Both the position numbers and the translations under genes were made by a program. A stretch of 44,951 nt of DNA from Mycobacteriales bacterium (GTDB taxonomy: Bacteria; Actinomycetota; Actinomycetes; Mycobacteriales; SCTD01). The stretch is from assembly GCA_046595615.1 (NCBI GenBank), contig JBKJOO010000198.1, forward strand, positions 1 to 44,951, given 5' to 3'. Below are positions 27,432-37,084 of this stretch, piece by piece (position 1 is the first letter of the stretch; each line of letters begins with the position of its first letter). Below the pieces are notes generated by a model. That model did no database searches, had not been told where the DNA came from, and saw only the letters and a program-made list of their open reading frames with translations.

Positions 27432-27674
27432 GGTGCGGGTGAGCCTAAGCCGCCGGCCGGGCCGGCCGCTTGGGGTGCCGGTCAGCGTCCCCACCCGGCC
27501 TGCCCCGCCCCGCCGGGACCGGGACGAGTACCGGCGGCGACGACCACAACAGCAGGGAAGGGCGCGCGCCGAGCCTCGCCGCACGCTCGGGATGATCTTT
27601 GCGGCCCGTCATGGGCTCCGCTTGCCTGCCGTTGTGGTCGTTGTTCGCGAGCAAGCGCCCCGCCCGAAGCGGGA

Positions 27675-28730
27675 TCAGGCGGTGCGGGACGTCGCGGCGA
27701 CGGCGAGCTCGCCGAGGACCTCACGGGCCGGCTCGGTCAACGGCGCCGCGGTCAACGCCGACATCGCATCGTCCATCAGCGTCGCGATGAGCCCCTCGAC
27801 CCGATCGACCGCACCGGTGTCGGTGAGCACCGTGCGCAGGGCGCTGACGCCCGGCTCGCCGAGGTGCGGGTCGCCCAGGTGACGGCGTACGACGGAGGCC
27901 TGCGCGGGTGCGGCCGCCTCCATCGCCATGGCGATCAGGACGGTGCGCTTGCCCTCGCGCAGGTCGTCGCCGGCCGGCTTGCCGGTCTGCGACGGGTCGC
28001 CGAAGACCCCGAGCACGTCGTCGCGAAGCTGGAAAGCCTCGCCAAGTGGCAGTCCGTAACCGGAGTAGGCGTCGAACACCTCCTGGCCGGCGCCGGCGAG
28101 TGCCGCCCCGAGGTGCAGGGGCTTTTCGATCGTGTACTTCGCGCTCTTGTACCGGGCCACCCGAAGGGCCCGCTCGACCGAGCCGCCGCCGCGGGCCTGC
28201 TCGAGCAGATCGAGGTACTGCCCACCCATCAACTCGCTGCGCATCGCGTCGTAGACGGCCTTGCCGTCGGCGAGCCGGGGGGCGGCGCTGGTGGCGAGCA
28301 TCTCGTCGGACCAGCTGAGGCACAGGTCGCCGAGCAGGATCGCCGCACCCGCGCCGAAGACCTCGGGATCGCCGTGCCAGTCCTCGTCGCGGTGCATCTC
28401 GGCGAACCGCCGGTGCACCGCCGGCTTGCCGCGCCGGGTGTCGCTCTGGTCCATGACGTCGTCGTGGATGATCGCGCAGGCCTGGAACAGCTCGAGCGAG
28501 GCCGCGGCAACGACCAACTCGTCGCTGTCGGCGCCGCCGGCACCCAGGTGCGCCCAGTAGCAGAATGCCGGCCGCAACCGTTTCCCACCCGAGAGCAGCT
28601 CGGTGAGCGCATCGGTGAGCGGCACGAGCTCGTGGCTGACCGCGGCAAGGCCCGGTCGTCGCGCGGCAATGAAGACATCGAGGGCCGCCTGCACCCGCTG
28701 GCGGAGCTCGCCACGGTCGAGAGGGCTCAT
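27675..28730 (-). CDS. crtE: Polyprenyl (geranylgeranyl) diphosphate synthase, IdsA/CrtE
   Basis: GGKRLRP, HDDVMD..RRG, GQYLD, KSAKY, FQLRDD, DLREGK. Confidence 0.88.
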   Translation of the reverse strand: MSPLDRGELRQRVQAALDVFIAARRPGLAAVSHELVPLTDALTELLSGGKRLRPAFCYWAHLGAGGADSDELVVAAASLELFQACAIIHDDVMDQSDTRRGKPAVHRRFAEMHRDEDWHGDPEVFGAGAAILLGDLCLSWSDEMLATSAAPRLADGKAVYDAMRSELMGGQYLDLLEQARGGGSVERALRVARYKSAKYTIEKPLHLGAALAGAGQEVFDAYSGYGLPLGEAFQLRDDVLGVFGDPSQTGKPAGDDLREGKRTVLIAMAMEAAAPAQASVVRRHLGDPHLGEPGVSALRTVLTDTGAVDRVEGLIATLMDDAMSALTAAPLTEPAREVLGELAVAATSRTA

Positions 28731-28763
28731 GGCCACGCAATCTAGTGCCCTAGCCTTACCTCC

Positions 28764-29651
28764 ATGGCCAGTCGCACGATCACCGACCTGCTCGCCGGCG
28801 GCGACCGGTTGTTCTCCTTCGAGTTCTTCCCGGCCAAGACCCCTGAGGGCGAACGTCAGCTCTGGCAGGCGATCCGCGAGCTGGAGCCGCTGCGCCCGGC
28901 GTTCGTCTCGGTGACGTACGGCGCCGGTGGCTCCACCCGCGACAGCACGGTCGCGATGACCGAGCGGATCGCCACCGACACGACCTTGCTGCCGCTGGCC
29001 CATCTCACTGCCGTCGACCACTCGGTTGCCGAGCTGCGACGGATCATCGGGCAGTACGCCGGGGCAGGCGTGCGCAACGTCCTCGCGCTGCGCGGCGACC
29101 CGCCCGGCGATCCGCAGGCCGAGTGGACCAGCCACCCGGAAGGCCTGGAATACGCCGAGGAGCTGGTCCGACTGGTCAAGGCCAGCGGGGACTTCTGCGT
29201 CGGGGTGGCGGCCTTTCCCGAGAAGCACCCCCGGTCTGCCGACCACGACGGCGACGTGCGCCGCTTCGTCCAGAAGTGCCGCGCCGGAGCCGATTTCGCC
29301 ATCACCCAGATGTTCTTCCGGGCCGAGGACTACCTGCGGCTGCGCGACCGGGTCGCGGCGACCGGCTGCGACGTGCCGATCCTGCCGGGGATCATGCCCG
29401 TGACGAACGTCGCCCAGATCGAACGCTTCGCGGTGCTGTCCGGGGCGGCGTTCCCCGCCGACTTGGCCGCCCGGCTGCACGCGGTCGAGGACGACCCTGC
29501 GGCGGTTCGGTCGATCGGCGTCGAGGTGGCGACCGCGCTGTCCGACCGGCTGCTCGCCGAGGGCGCCCCAGGGCTGCACTTCATCACCCTCAACCGGTCG
29601 ACGGCGACCCGTGAGGTGTGGTCCCGACTCGGGTTGTCCGCCCGTCCCTAG
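28764..29651 (+). CDS. metF: 5,10-methylenetetrahydrofolate reductase
   Basis: [40 protein letters not shown]. Confidence 0.95.
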   Translation: MASRTITDLLAGGDRLFSFEFFPAKTPEGERQLWQAIRELEPLRPAFVSVTYGAGGSTRDSTVAMTERIATDTTLLPLAHLTAVDHSVAELRRIIGQYAGAGVRNVLALRGDPPGDPQAEWTSHPEGLEYAEELVRLVKASGDFCVGVAAFPEKHPRSADHDGDVRRFVQKCRAGADFAITQMFFRAEDYLRLRDRVAATGCDVPILPGIMPVTNVAQIERFAVLSGAAFPADLAARLHAVEDDPAAVRSIGVEVATALSDRLLAEGAPGLHFITLNRSTATREVWSRLGLSARP

Positions 29652-29715
29652 TCGGGCTTGGCAACCGATCGGGCTCGCGCTGCGTCCAACCTCCACACCC
29701 ATCGTGGAGGCTCCC

Positions 29716-30453
29716 GTGAACCGCACCGCTCTGCTCGCCGTCCCAGCTGCCGTCGCCGTCGTCGCGGCGTACGTCGTGGGCTCACCGCACGGCCCGACCG
29801 TGGCTGCGGCCGCCACGCCAACCCCCGCCGAGATCGGCGTCGTCGTGGACGGTCTCGGCAAGACCACCGGGGTGCCGGATGTGCTGCGGGTCAACCTCGG
29901 CGTCTCCATCCGGCGCGGCGACGTCAGCACGGCGCTGCGCGATGCCAACAGTCGCCAGCGCACCCTGCGCGCCGCACTGCGCAAAGATCGTGTCGCCGAC
30001 GCCGATGTCCAGACCTCGCAGGTCGATCTGCAGCAGGCCTACGACGACAAGGGTCGCCGCAACGGCTACGTCGTCAACGAGCAGGTCATCGTCAAGCTGC
30101 ACGACATGGCCACAGCCGGCCGGGTGATCACCGACGCGATCCAGGCCGGCGGCAACGAGGCGACGCTGCAGGGCGTCGCCTTCTCGCTGGAGGACGATGC
30201 GGCGTTGCTCGGCAAGGCCCGCGATGCGGCCTACGCCGATGCCAAGGCCAAGGCGCAGCGGTACGCCGAGCTGTCCGGCAAGCGGCTCGGCGACGTGCAG
30301 CTGCTGGCCGAGACGACAACGCCCGCACAGCCGGACTTCCGGTCGCAGGACAAACTCGCCTTCGCCACGGCTGGGGCGGCGTCCCCCGTCCCGCTGGACG
30401 CGGGCACCTCGCAGGTCAGCGTGTCGGTGCGCATCCGGTGGACGCTGGCGTAG
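29716..30453 (+). CDS. SIMPL (DUF541) domain secreted protein
   Basis: Signal peptide, PDVLRVNLGV, AYADAKAKA, C-terminal VSVRIRW; GGAGG RBS. Confidence 0.82.
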   Translation: MNRTALLAVPAAVAVVAAYVVGSPHGPTVAAAATPTPAEIGVVVDGLGKTTGVPDVLRVNLGVSIRRGDVSTALRDANSRQRTLRAALRKDRVADADVQTSQVDLQQAYDDKGRRNGYVVNEQVIVKLHDMATAGRVITDAIQAGGNEATLQGVAFSLEDDAALLGKARDAAYADAKAKAQRYAELSGKRLGDVQLLAETTTPAQPDFRSQDKLAFATAGAASPVPLDAGTSQVSVSVRIRWTLA

Positions 30454-30475
30454 CAGGCGCCTACGGTTGCTCGTC

Positions 30476-30922
30476 ATGAAGCTGGTGCATCGCGTCCACA
30501 CCTCCGCCTCACCCGGGCAGGTCTGGGAGCTGCTCGGGTCACCGGAGCGCTGGCCGTCGTTCGAGCTGATGCTGCACCGGGTCCGGGGCGCATCGGGCCG
30601 GGCCCTTGCCGGCCAGCACCTGCTGGGCATCTCGCGCGGGATGGCCCTACGCATCCCGGTCGACGTCGTCGAGAGTCAGGCCGAGCAGCGGCTCCGACTG
30701 GTGGTGCGCACCGTGCCGGGTGTCACGCAGGAGGAGACCTTCGAGCTCACCCCGTCGGTGCGCGGCGGGTGCGACGTGTCGGTGAGCGTGGTTGTCGATG
30801 GGGTGTTCGCCCGCGCCGCGGTCCTGCCGGTGTGGCTGGCGAGCGGGGTCACCGCCCGACTGCTCGTCGCCCAGGCCGAGCGGCTGGCCCGATCCCGCCG
30901 GCGGTCCCGGGGCGTCGCATGA
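30476..30922 (+). CDS. SRPBCC family protein
   Basis: ASPGQVWELL..PERWP N-terminal motif. Confidence 0.7.
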   Translation: MKLVHRVHTSASPGQVWELLGSPERWPSFELMLHRVRGASGRALAGQHLLGISRGMALRIPVDVVESQAEQRLRLVVRTVPGVTQEETFELTPSVRGGCDVSVSVVVDGVFARAAVLPVWLASGVTARLLVAQAERLARSRRRSRGVA

Positions 30923-31734
30923 CCCGCGACGGACTGCTGGTCCTCGCCCTCGCGGTGTTGGGGGTGGCCCTGTTCGTGCTGGCCGTCGCCACGGCCCGGC
31001 GGCCGACGCAGCAGATTGCCGATCGCGCAGGCTACTTCGACCGGTGGCAGGTGCTGCATGGCGGCTACGACCCCCGGACCGGCAGCGCCTGGTTGCGCGG
31101 TTGGCTGACGATGGTGCACGTCATCGCTCGGCCGATCGCCCGGCGAGGTGTCCAGCCCGACGTCGTCACGATCAGCTCGATCTGGCTCGCCGGGCTGGTG
31201 CTCGTGCTGTCCGAGATCGGCGGCCGCTGGTGGATCGCGGCCGGCTGGACGATGGTGCTCAGCGGCCTGTTTGACACCCTCGACGGGTGCGTCGCCGTCC
31301 TCGAGGACCGCACCACCAGGTGGGGCTATGTCCTGGACAGCGCGGTCGACCGCATCAACGATGCGATCTACCTGCTCGCGGTCGTCGCCGTCGGCTGCCC
31401 GGTGCCGCTCGCTGTCGGGTTGGGCTTCGGGTTCTTCTTCCTGGAGTACCTGCGCGCCAGGGCAGGCAATGCCGGCGGGGACGAGGTGGGCCGGGTGACG
31501 ATGGCCGAGCGGCCGACCCGGGTCATCCTTTTGTCCCCCTCGATCCACTTCAGCGGCGTGTTCCTGGGCTTGGCGAACATCTTGTCGGTCGTCGGGCCGG
31601 CCCTGCTGCTGGCGATGACGGCGGTCTCGATCGGCCAGCTGGCGGTCGCGGTCCGCCGGCAGTTGCTCGACCTGCCGGTGGACGGGGGAGGCCGCGTCGC
31701 GGCCACCGGGGACGAGTCTCGCGCGCTGCCCTGA
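30919..31734 (+). CDS. CDP-alcohol phosphatidyltransferase family protein
   Basis: DTLDGCVA...G..LDSAVDRIND motif. Confidence 0.87.
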   Translation: MTRDGLLVLALAVLGVALFVLAVATARRPTQQIADRAGYFDRWQVLHGGYDPRTGSAWLRGWLTMVHVIARPIARRGVQPDVVTISSIWLAGLVLVLSEIGGRWWIAAGWTMVLSGLFDTLDGCVAVLEDRTTRWGYVLDSAVDRINDAIYLLAVVAVGCPVPLAVGLGFGFFFLEYLRARAGNAGGDEVGRVTMAERPTRVILLSPSIHFSGVFLGLANILSVVGPALLLAMTAVSIGQLAVAVRRQLLDLPVDGGGRVAATGDESRALP

Positions 31735-31896
31735 AGATCAAAGGCTGGACGGGTGCGACCGCGAGGGCTACGGTCCCGCACGGACCAGGTCCACGGGTGC
31801 GATGACCGGACGCTGTGCGCCAGGAGCGTCGCCCCACGGGGGTGGGCCCTTGACCCGTCCGGCCGGCTTCACCCTGCACGCTCTCACTTGGGGGCG

Positions 31897-33369
31897 ATGG
31901 CCATGCGGCGATCGTTGACACTGCTCACCGTGTTCGCACTGAGTGCAACCGGCGCCGCCGTCGGGGCGCGGGCCATCGCAACGCCCAGCGATCCGGCGCC
32001 ACAGCAATCCCGGTTGCTCGCCCGCAGCGTGCTATCGGCGTCGGCGGTCCGGGCCGGCTCACCGCCGTCCGGCGCGTTCTTCACTGGCCCGAACCGCGCG
32101 ACCGCCGCCGACAACGGCGTCCCCGGCCCGGCGACCGGCGCGTATCTCCAGCAGCAGCCGGTGCAGGGCGTGAGCGCAGTGATTCCGGCCGGGGACGGCA
32201 CCTGGTGGGCGTTGCCGGACAACGGGTATGGGACCCGCGACACCTCCGCCGACTGGCAATTGGCGATTTACCGGATCGACGCGCGGTTCGGCAACCCGGC
32301 CGGCCCACAACTGCTGTCGACCATCCTGCTGAGCGACCCGGGCCGGCACGTCGCCTGGAAGACGGTGTGCGACCCGACGGCCGGGACGGACCTGCCGCCA
32401 TTCACGTTCAACGCGCTGCCCGCGACGCCGCCGCCGGCCTGCGGGACCGATCCGGCGGCGCGCCTGCTGACCGGTTTCGACTTCGACCCGGAGTCGGTGC
32501 AGATCGGGGCCGACGGCACCTTCTGGATCGGCGAGGAGTTCGGACCGTTCCTGTTGCACGCCGATCAGCAGGGGCGGCTGCTCGAGGCGCCGATCGGCGC
32601 ACCCGGGGTCGTCTCGCCGCAGAACCCGACCCTGGACGTCCTCGCCGGCCAGCGACCGACGGTGGCGCAGAGCCGGGGCTTCGAAGGCCTCGCGATCAGC
32701 CCGAACCGACGCACCCTCTACGCCATGACCGAGGGGGCGGTCGGTGAGGATGATCCGCAAACGCTGCGGGTCCGGGCGTTCGACATCGGCACGCGGCAGT
32801 TCACCGGCCGCGATCTCCGGCTGCGGCTCGAGATGCCCGGTGCGAAGGTCGATCTGTCTGGCCTCGCCCTCGTCGGCGGCGCACGGGCCTATCCGGGGAC
32901 GACGAAACCAGTTGGCACAGGGGGCGAGTCGGCCGCCGAGATCACCGCGGTGAACGCCCGCGAGTTCCTCCTGGTGGAGCGGGACTCGGCCGGCGACGGG
33001 ATCACCGCGCCACGGTTCAAAAAGGTCTTCCTGCTCGACCGGCGCGGCCGCACCCTCGTCAAGTCGTTGCTGATTGATCTGATGGCTATCCCCGACCCGA
33101 ACGCGATCGGTGGCGACGGTGACTTCTTCCGCTTCCCGTTCAACACGATCGAGTCGGTGCACGTCGTGGACGACCACAGCATCCTGGTCGCGAACGACAA
33201 CAACTATCCCTTCTCCAATGCCCGATCCCGGAGCCGCACGAATGCGCGAACGGGACCGCTGGCGCCGGACGACAACGAGTTCATCCTGGTGGGTCTCGGC
33301 TCGTCCCTGAAGGTCGACCACCGGTTGCTGTCGCCGGCCCAGGGCGCCGACGTCAGGCCGGACCGATGA
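31897..33369 (+). CDS. Secreted esterase-like activity of phytase family protein
   Basis: Signal peptide, DNGYG, FDPES, EEFGP, SRGFEGLA, ANDNNYP motifs. Confidence 0.82.
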   Translation: MAMRRSLTLLTVFALSATGAAVGARAIATPSDPAPQQSRLLARSVLSASAVRAGSPPSGAFFTGPNRATAADNGVPGPATGAYLQQQPVQGVSAVIPAGDGTWWALPDNGYGTRDTSADWQLAIYRIDARFGNPAGPQLLSTILLSDPGRHVAWKTVCDPTAGTDLPPFTFNALPATPPPACGTDPAARLLTGFDFDPESVQIGADGTFWIGEEFGPFLLHADQQGRLLEAPIGAPGVVSPQNPTLDVLAGQRPTVAQSRGFEGLAISPNRRTLYAMTEGAVGEDDPQTLRVRAFDIGTRQFTGRDLRLRLEMPGAKVDLSGLALVGGARAYPGTTKPVGTGGESAAEITAVNAREFLLVERDSAGDGITAPRFKKVFLLDRRGRTLVKSLLIDLMAIPDPNAIGGDGDFFRFPFNTIESVHVVDDHSILVANDNNYPFSNARSRSRTNARTGPLAPDDNEFILVGLGSSLKVDHRLLSPAQGADVRPDR

Positions 33370-34825
33370 GGCCGGCCACGATCTGTGCGGACAGGGTGAC
33401 GAGCGGCAGACCGCCGCCGGGGTGCGAGGAACCGCCGACCAGGAACAGCCCTTGCACGGGAGATCGGTTTGCCGGCCGAAGGAACGCCGCGGTGGCACCG
33501 TTGCTCGACGTGCCGTAGATCGACCCACCGACCGCGCCGGTCAGGGCCTCGAGATCGGCGGGGCTCCGCACCTCCCGCCACAGCAACCGGTCCCGCACGG
33601 GCAGGCCGCGCTCGGCCAGCAGATCCAGCAGCTGCTCGGCGTACGCGTCGGCGAGACCGGGTGCGCGCCAGTCGATGGCGCCGCGGCCGACGCCATGCCG
33701 CGGGGCGTTGACGAGGACGAACCACGCCTCGTGCCCGTCGGGACGCGCCAACGGGTCGTCCGGGGCGCTGAGGTAGATGGTCGGATCGGGCACCGGCCGG
33801 GCCGGCGCGCCGAAGACGGCGTCGAACTCGGCGTCGTAGTCGGCCGGGAACAGCACGGTGTGGTGCGCGAGACCCGGGGTCCGCCCCCGCAGCGCGAGCA
33901 ACAGCACGAAGCCGGACAGCGACGGGGTGGCCCGGGCGAGCCGGCGGGCTGCGGCCGGTGCCTCGACGAGGTCGCCGTAGACATGGGCGGCGTCGGCGTT
34001 GGCGACGACCACGTCGGCGGGCAGCAGCCGCCCGTCGGCGAGGCGCACCCCGTCGACGGCGCCGGCCGCCGTGCTGATCGAGGTGACCCGGGCGTCGAGC
34101 AGCACCGTGGCGCCGTGCTCGACGGCCCGTTCGTGGATCGCCTCGCCGAGCCGGCGTAGCCCGCCCGCGATGTACCACCCGCCGTAGGCCTGCTCGACGT
34201 AGGGGACGGCGGCCAGGGCCGCCGGGGCCCGGCGGGGATCGGACCCGGTGTAGGTGGCGTAGCGGTCCAGGAAGGTGCGCAGCCGTGGGTCGCGCAGGTG
34301 GCGCCGGCCCAGCGAGCGCAGCGACCGGCCGGGCGCGATCGCGGCGATGTCGGTGGGGTGGCGCAGGGCGAGCCGGGCGATGGTCGACGGGCCCGTCAGG
34401 GTCGACTCGAGAAAGGGTCCCCGGCTGGCCTCCCAGACCCGACGTGCCCGGCGGTGGAAGGCCCGCCAGTCGGCGCCGCTGCCCGGGCTCCACGCCTCCA
34501 GCCGACCGCAGAAGTCGTCGAGGTCGTCGGTCGCGTCGAAGGTCGTGCCGTCGGCGAAGCGGTAGCGGGCGATCGGGTCGAGCCGTTGCAGGGACAGCCC
34601 GGCCGGCCAGCCGCCGGTCGCTTCGAACAGGTCGGTGAAGACCTGCGGCATGGTCACCAGCGACGGCCCGGTGTCGAACCGGAAGCCGTCCAGTTCGTAG
34701 CTGCCCAGCTTGCCGCCGATGGTCCCGGCCGCTTCACAGACGGTGACCTCGTGGCCGGCCGCCGCGAGCCTGGCCGCCGCTGCGAGACCGCCGACGCCGG
34801 CCCCGATGACGACCACGCGGCTCAC
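33353..34825 (-). CDS. CrtI-family carotenoid desaturase (CrtD-like 3',4'-desaturase by context)
   Basis: IGAGVGGL, FDTGPSL, RYATYTGS, GSIYG, HPGGGLPLV; in operon with cruF and glycosyltransferase. Confidence 0.82.
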   Translation of the reverse strand: MSRVVVIGAGVGGLAAAARLAAAGHEVTVCEAAGTIGGKLGSYELDGFRFDTGPSLVTMPQVFTDLFEATGGWPAGLSLQRLDPIARYRFADGTTFDATDDLDDFCGRLEAWSPGSGADWRAFHRRARRVWEASRGPFLESTLTGPSTIARLALRHPTDIAAIAPGRSLRSLGRRHLRDPRLRTFLDRYATYTGSDPRRAPAALAAVPYVEQAYGGWYIAGGLRRLGEAIHERAVEHGATVLLDARVTSISTAAGAVDGVRLADGRLLPADVVVANADAAHVYGDLVEAPAAARRLARATPSLSGFVLLLALRGRTPGLAHHTVLFPADYDAEFDAVFGAPARPVPDPTIYLSAPDDPLARPDGHEAWFVLVNAPRHGVGRGAIDWRAPGLADAYAEQLLDLLAERGLPVRDRLLWREVRSPADLEALTGAVGGSIYGTSSNGATAAFLRPANRSPVQGLFLVGGSSHPGGGLPLVTLSAQIVAGLIGPA

Positions 34826-35877
34826 AGTGCGCGGCCCTTCCAGGTCAGCGTGCCGCGCCGGTGGGCCAGGTGCGACCGGGCGGTCAGCGCCACCAGGGCG
34901 GCGACCGACACCGGGTGGGCGAGCGCGTCGAGTGGCCGGCCACCGGTCCGTCTCGCGCTGATGACGCGGCCGAGAACCCCGGCGGCGTAGGCCAACTGCC
35001 CAGCACGGCTGCCCCGCAGCGCAGCAACAGCAGGTACGACGTACAGGGCGGTGAGCAGTCCGGAGGTGGCGACGGGGACGGTGTGCAGAGACTTGGTGTA
35101 GCCGGCGACGAGCTCGCCCCAGCCGTCGTACATACGGGTGGTGGCGAGGGCGGTGCCGTCGGCGACGCCACCGGTGCCGCGGACGGCCTTGACGGCGCGC
35201 AGCAGGGCGACATCCTCGACGACGTCGGCCCGGACCGCCGCGTGACCGCCGGCGCGGGCGTAGACCTCCCGCCGGACGGCGAGCAACTGGCCGTTGGCGG
35301 CGCTGAGCGAGGGCCGTGGCGAACGCTCGGCCAGCCGCAGCGGCAGGAACGTCAGGAACGACCACTGCAGCAACGGTTGCACCAGCCGGGTGAACCCGGG
35401 CGCGTCCTGCCGGGGATAGGGCGACACCAGGTCCAGGTGCGCGCTGTCGAGCAGATCGGCGGTTGCCGCGACCGCGTGCGGCGCCAGCACCACATCGGCG
35501 TCGACGAAGACCAGCACCTCGCTGGTGGGGGCGGCCGCGTCGGCGAGTTGCTGGCAGGCATGCGGCTTGCCGAGCCAGCCTGACGGCAGCGGGGCCCCGA
35601 CGAGCAGCCGCACGCGCGGGTCACCGGCGGCCACCCGGCGTACGACATCGGCTGTGCCGTCGGTCGACTCGTCGTCGAGCAGCACGATCTCGAGGTCGAC
35701 GCCCTGCTGGGCGAGCAGGGCCCGCAGGCAGGCCTCGACCCGCCCGGCTTCGTCGCGGACCGGCAGCAGGACGCTGACCGACAGGGCCGTCCCGGTGGCG
35801 CGCGGGGTGCGCAGCAGCCGGGCATTGATGGCGGTGTGCGTGGTCAAGCCGGCCACCAGCAGGGCCAGCCACCTCAT
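34822..35877 (-). CDS. GT2 glycosyltransferase, carotenoid glycosyltransferase-like (CruC/CruG)
   Basis: VLLPVRDE, DDESTDGT, GWLGKPHAC, FVDAD, ANGQ, VEDV. Confidence 0.85.
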   Translation of the reverse strand: MRWLALLVAGLTTHTAINARLLRTPRATGTALSVSVLLPVRDEAGRVEACLRALLAQQGVDLEIVLLDDESTDGTADVVRRVAAGDPRVRLLVGAPLPSGWLGKPHACQQLADAAAPTSEVLVFVDADVVLAPHAVAATADLLDSAHLDLVSPYPRQDAPGFTRLVQPLLQWSFLTFLPLRLAERSPRPSLSAANGQLLAVRREVYARAGGHAAVRADVVEDVALLRAVKAVRGTGGVADGTALATTRMYDGWGELVAGYTKSLHTVPVATSGLLTALYVVPAVAALRGSRAGQLAYAAGVLGRVISARRTGGRPLDALAHPVSVAALVALTARSHLAHRRGTLTWKGRAL

Positions 35878-36632
35878 CGGCGCAGCCGGCGGACGTAGGG
35901 CCCCGCCACCAGACCCATCCCGACGCCGCCGATCAGGGCGACCGCGGGCCGGCCGAAGAACGCGGCGTTGGCGACGACGGAGGAGACGTAGGTCCACAGG
36001 AACAGCGCGGCGGGCTGGCGGTCGTCGGCCTCGATCCGCGGCAGCGCCTGCAGCAGCGTCATGATCACGAGGGCGACCAGCAGCCAGCCGAGATAGTTCG
36101 AGACGGGAATGCCTGGTACGCCGGGCAAGGCGTGCTCGACGTCGCGCCAGTGCCAGTTGCCGGCGGCCACCAGCTGCGGGTCGAGGAACAGGTCCCAGGA
36201 GGCGAGCGCGGCGGCACCGATGAGCGCCGCGCCGAGCGGGCTGCTGGCGAGCCGCTGCCCCACGAGCAGCGACGGGTAGCTGAACATCGCCCAGGCGAGT
36301 GGGATGACGAGCGGCACGCCGATGATCTTTGCGCCGAGGCTGCCCGCGTAGTCGTAGGCACCGAACGGTACGCCGGTCGCGGTGCCGACCGCCTCGACCA
36401 GCAGCCCGATCCCGGCGCTGACCACGACGAGCACCGCCGTCCAGGCCAGGCCGCGGTGGACGAGCGCATGGCTGGTGCTGGCCAGGAAGAAGCAGACGAC
36501 CGTGCCGACGGTCAGGACGTCGCGCGGGTGGCCGTGCACGAGCGGGTAGGCGATCTGCAGCAGGACGGTCGCCGCCGCCAGGGCGAGCGGCAGCAAGGTT
36601 CGCTCACGCTGCAGCAGCGCCGTCGACACCAC
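35874..36632 (-). CDS. cruF: Carotenoid 1',2'-hydratase CruF-like (DUF422)
   Basis: EAVGTATGVPFGAYDY, VPLVIPLAW, WDLFLDP, IPVSNYLGW. Confidence 0.83.
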   Translation of the reverse strand: MVSTALLQRERTLLPLALAAATVLLQIAYPLVHGHPRDVLTVGTVVCFFLASTSHALVHRGLAWTAVLVVVSAGIGLLVEAVGTATGVPFGAYDYAGSLGAKIIGVPLVIPLAWAMFSYPSLLVGQRLASSPLGAALIGAAALASWDLFLDPQLVAAGNWHWRDVEHALPGVPGIPVSNYLGWLLVALVIMTLLQALPRIEADDRQPAALFLWTYVSSVVANAAFFGRPAVALIGGVGMGLVAGPYVRRLRR

Positions 36633-36637
36633 GGGGT

Positions 36638-37084
36638 TCAGACCGTGCGGAAGGTCGCGCGCAGCCGGGTGACCGCGTCGGCGAGGGCGCTCCGGGCGGC
36701 CGGGCCGTGCGCGGCGAACCAGCCGGGCACCTCCTCGACGAGGTCGTCGTAGGCCTCGCCGAGCGCCTCGCCAGAAAGGGCCCGGCCGGCCACCGGATCG
36801 TCGTACAGCAGGTGCCAGAGCTCGGAGACCTCGGCGGTGGTCGGTTCGGGCGCGCCGCTGCTCAGCCAGCCGCCGAGGTCCAGATCGACCTCGTCCGGCA
36901 GGTCGTCGTCGAGTTCGAGGCCGTGCTCCTGCGCGTGGTGCTCCAGGGCTGCGCGACTGCCGAACAGCAGCACCTTGCCGTCCTCGGCCAGCAGGACATC
37001 GGTCTCGGTCTCGTCGTCGACCGTCCAGCCGGCATGCCAGCGGGCGGCGCCGTCGATGACGAGCACCTCGTAGAGCTCAGCCAC
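36638..37084 (-). CDS. Acidic hypothetical protein
   Basis: 148-aa ORF overlapping the crtO stop within the operon; no recognised motif. Confidence 0.6.
   Translation of the reverse strand: MAELYEVLVIDGAARWHAGWTVDDETETDVLLAEDGKVLLFGSRAALEHHAQEHGLELDDDLPDEVDLDLGGWLSSGAPEPTTAEVSELWHLLYDDPVAGRALSGEALGEAYDDLVEEVPGWFAAHGPAARSALADAVTRLRATFRTV

Noticed and set aside
28731-28763. SAM/SAH riboswitch for metF
   Set aside because: Only 33 bp intergenic; no room.
27675-29984. Apparent 769-aa polyprenyl synthase fusion
   Set aside because: The N-terminal extension is antisense to metF; the real start is about 28730.
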